Assembly: GCA_051294375.1 (NCBI GenBank)
Contig: JBJCIZ010001314.1
Location: 1 to 6,717 of the forward strand
Direction of reading: 5' to 3'
DNA: 6,717 nt
Origin: Paraspadella gotoi
Taxonomy: Eukaryota > Animalia > Chaetognatha
Made by a program: the position numbers and the translations under genes. Below the pieces are notes generated by a model. It was not told where the DNA came from and made no database searches. It saw only the letters and a program-made list of their open reading frames with translations. Shown one piece after another: positions 6,708 through 6,717 of this stretch (its first letter is position 1; each line of letters begins with the position of its first letter).

Positions 6708-6717
6708 CGTAGGGCAG

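Overview
This AT-rich, non-coding window looks like repeat-dense animal nuclear DNA rather than prokaryotic or viral DNA. It has TTAGGG-type repeats, long (GA)n tracts and no credible ORF. The repeat architecture recalls invertebrate (e.g. mollusc) genomes, but the taxon cannot be established from the window. Contents from left to right: (i) 265-590, a GC-rich island with five TGGCGA-NN-TCGCCA palindromes followed by a ~48-bp unit repeated about three times that carries (CCCTAA)n; (ii) 1775-2473, a TA-flanked MITE with ~250-bp inverted arms; (iii) ~2780-6535, a modular repeat domain of shared ~130-bp blocks, T-run/GT/A-run palindromes, GA tracts, hairpins and 19/22-bp minisatellites. Domain (iii) is best read as two adjacent, same-orientation non-autonomous Helentron/DINE-1 (HINE)-like elements (~3368-5293 and ~5298-6535), plus a related fragment at ~2780-2990. 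All ORF-track ORFs are explained by low complexity or repeats. I found no support for a novel protein-coding system. Repeat copies differ by many 1-nt indels, which may partly be sequencing error. All comparisons were done by eye.
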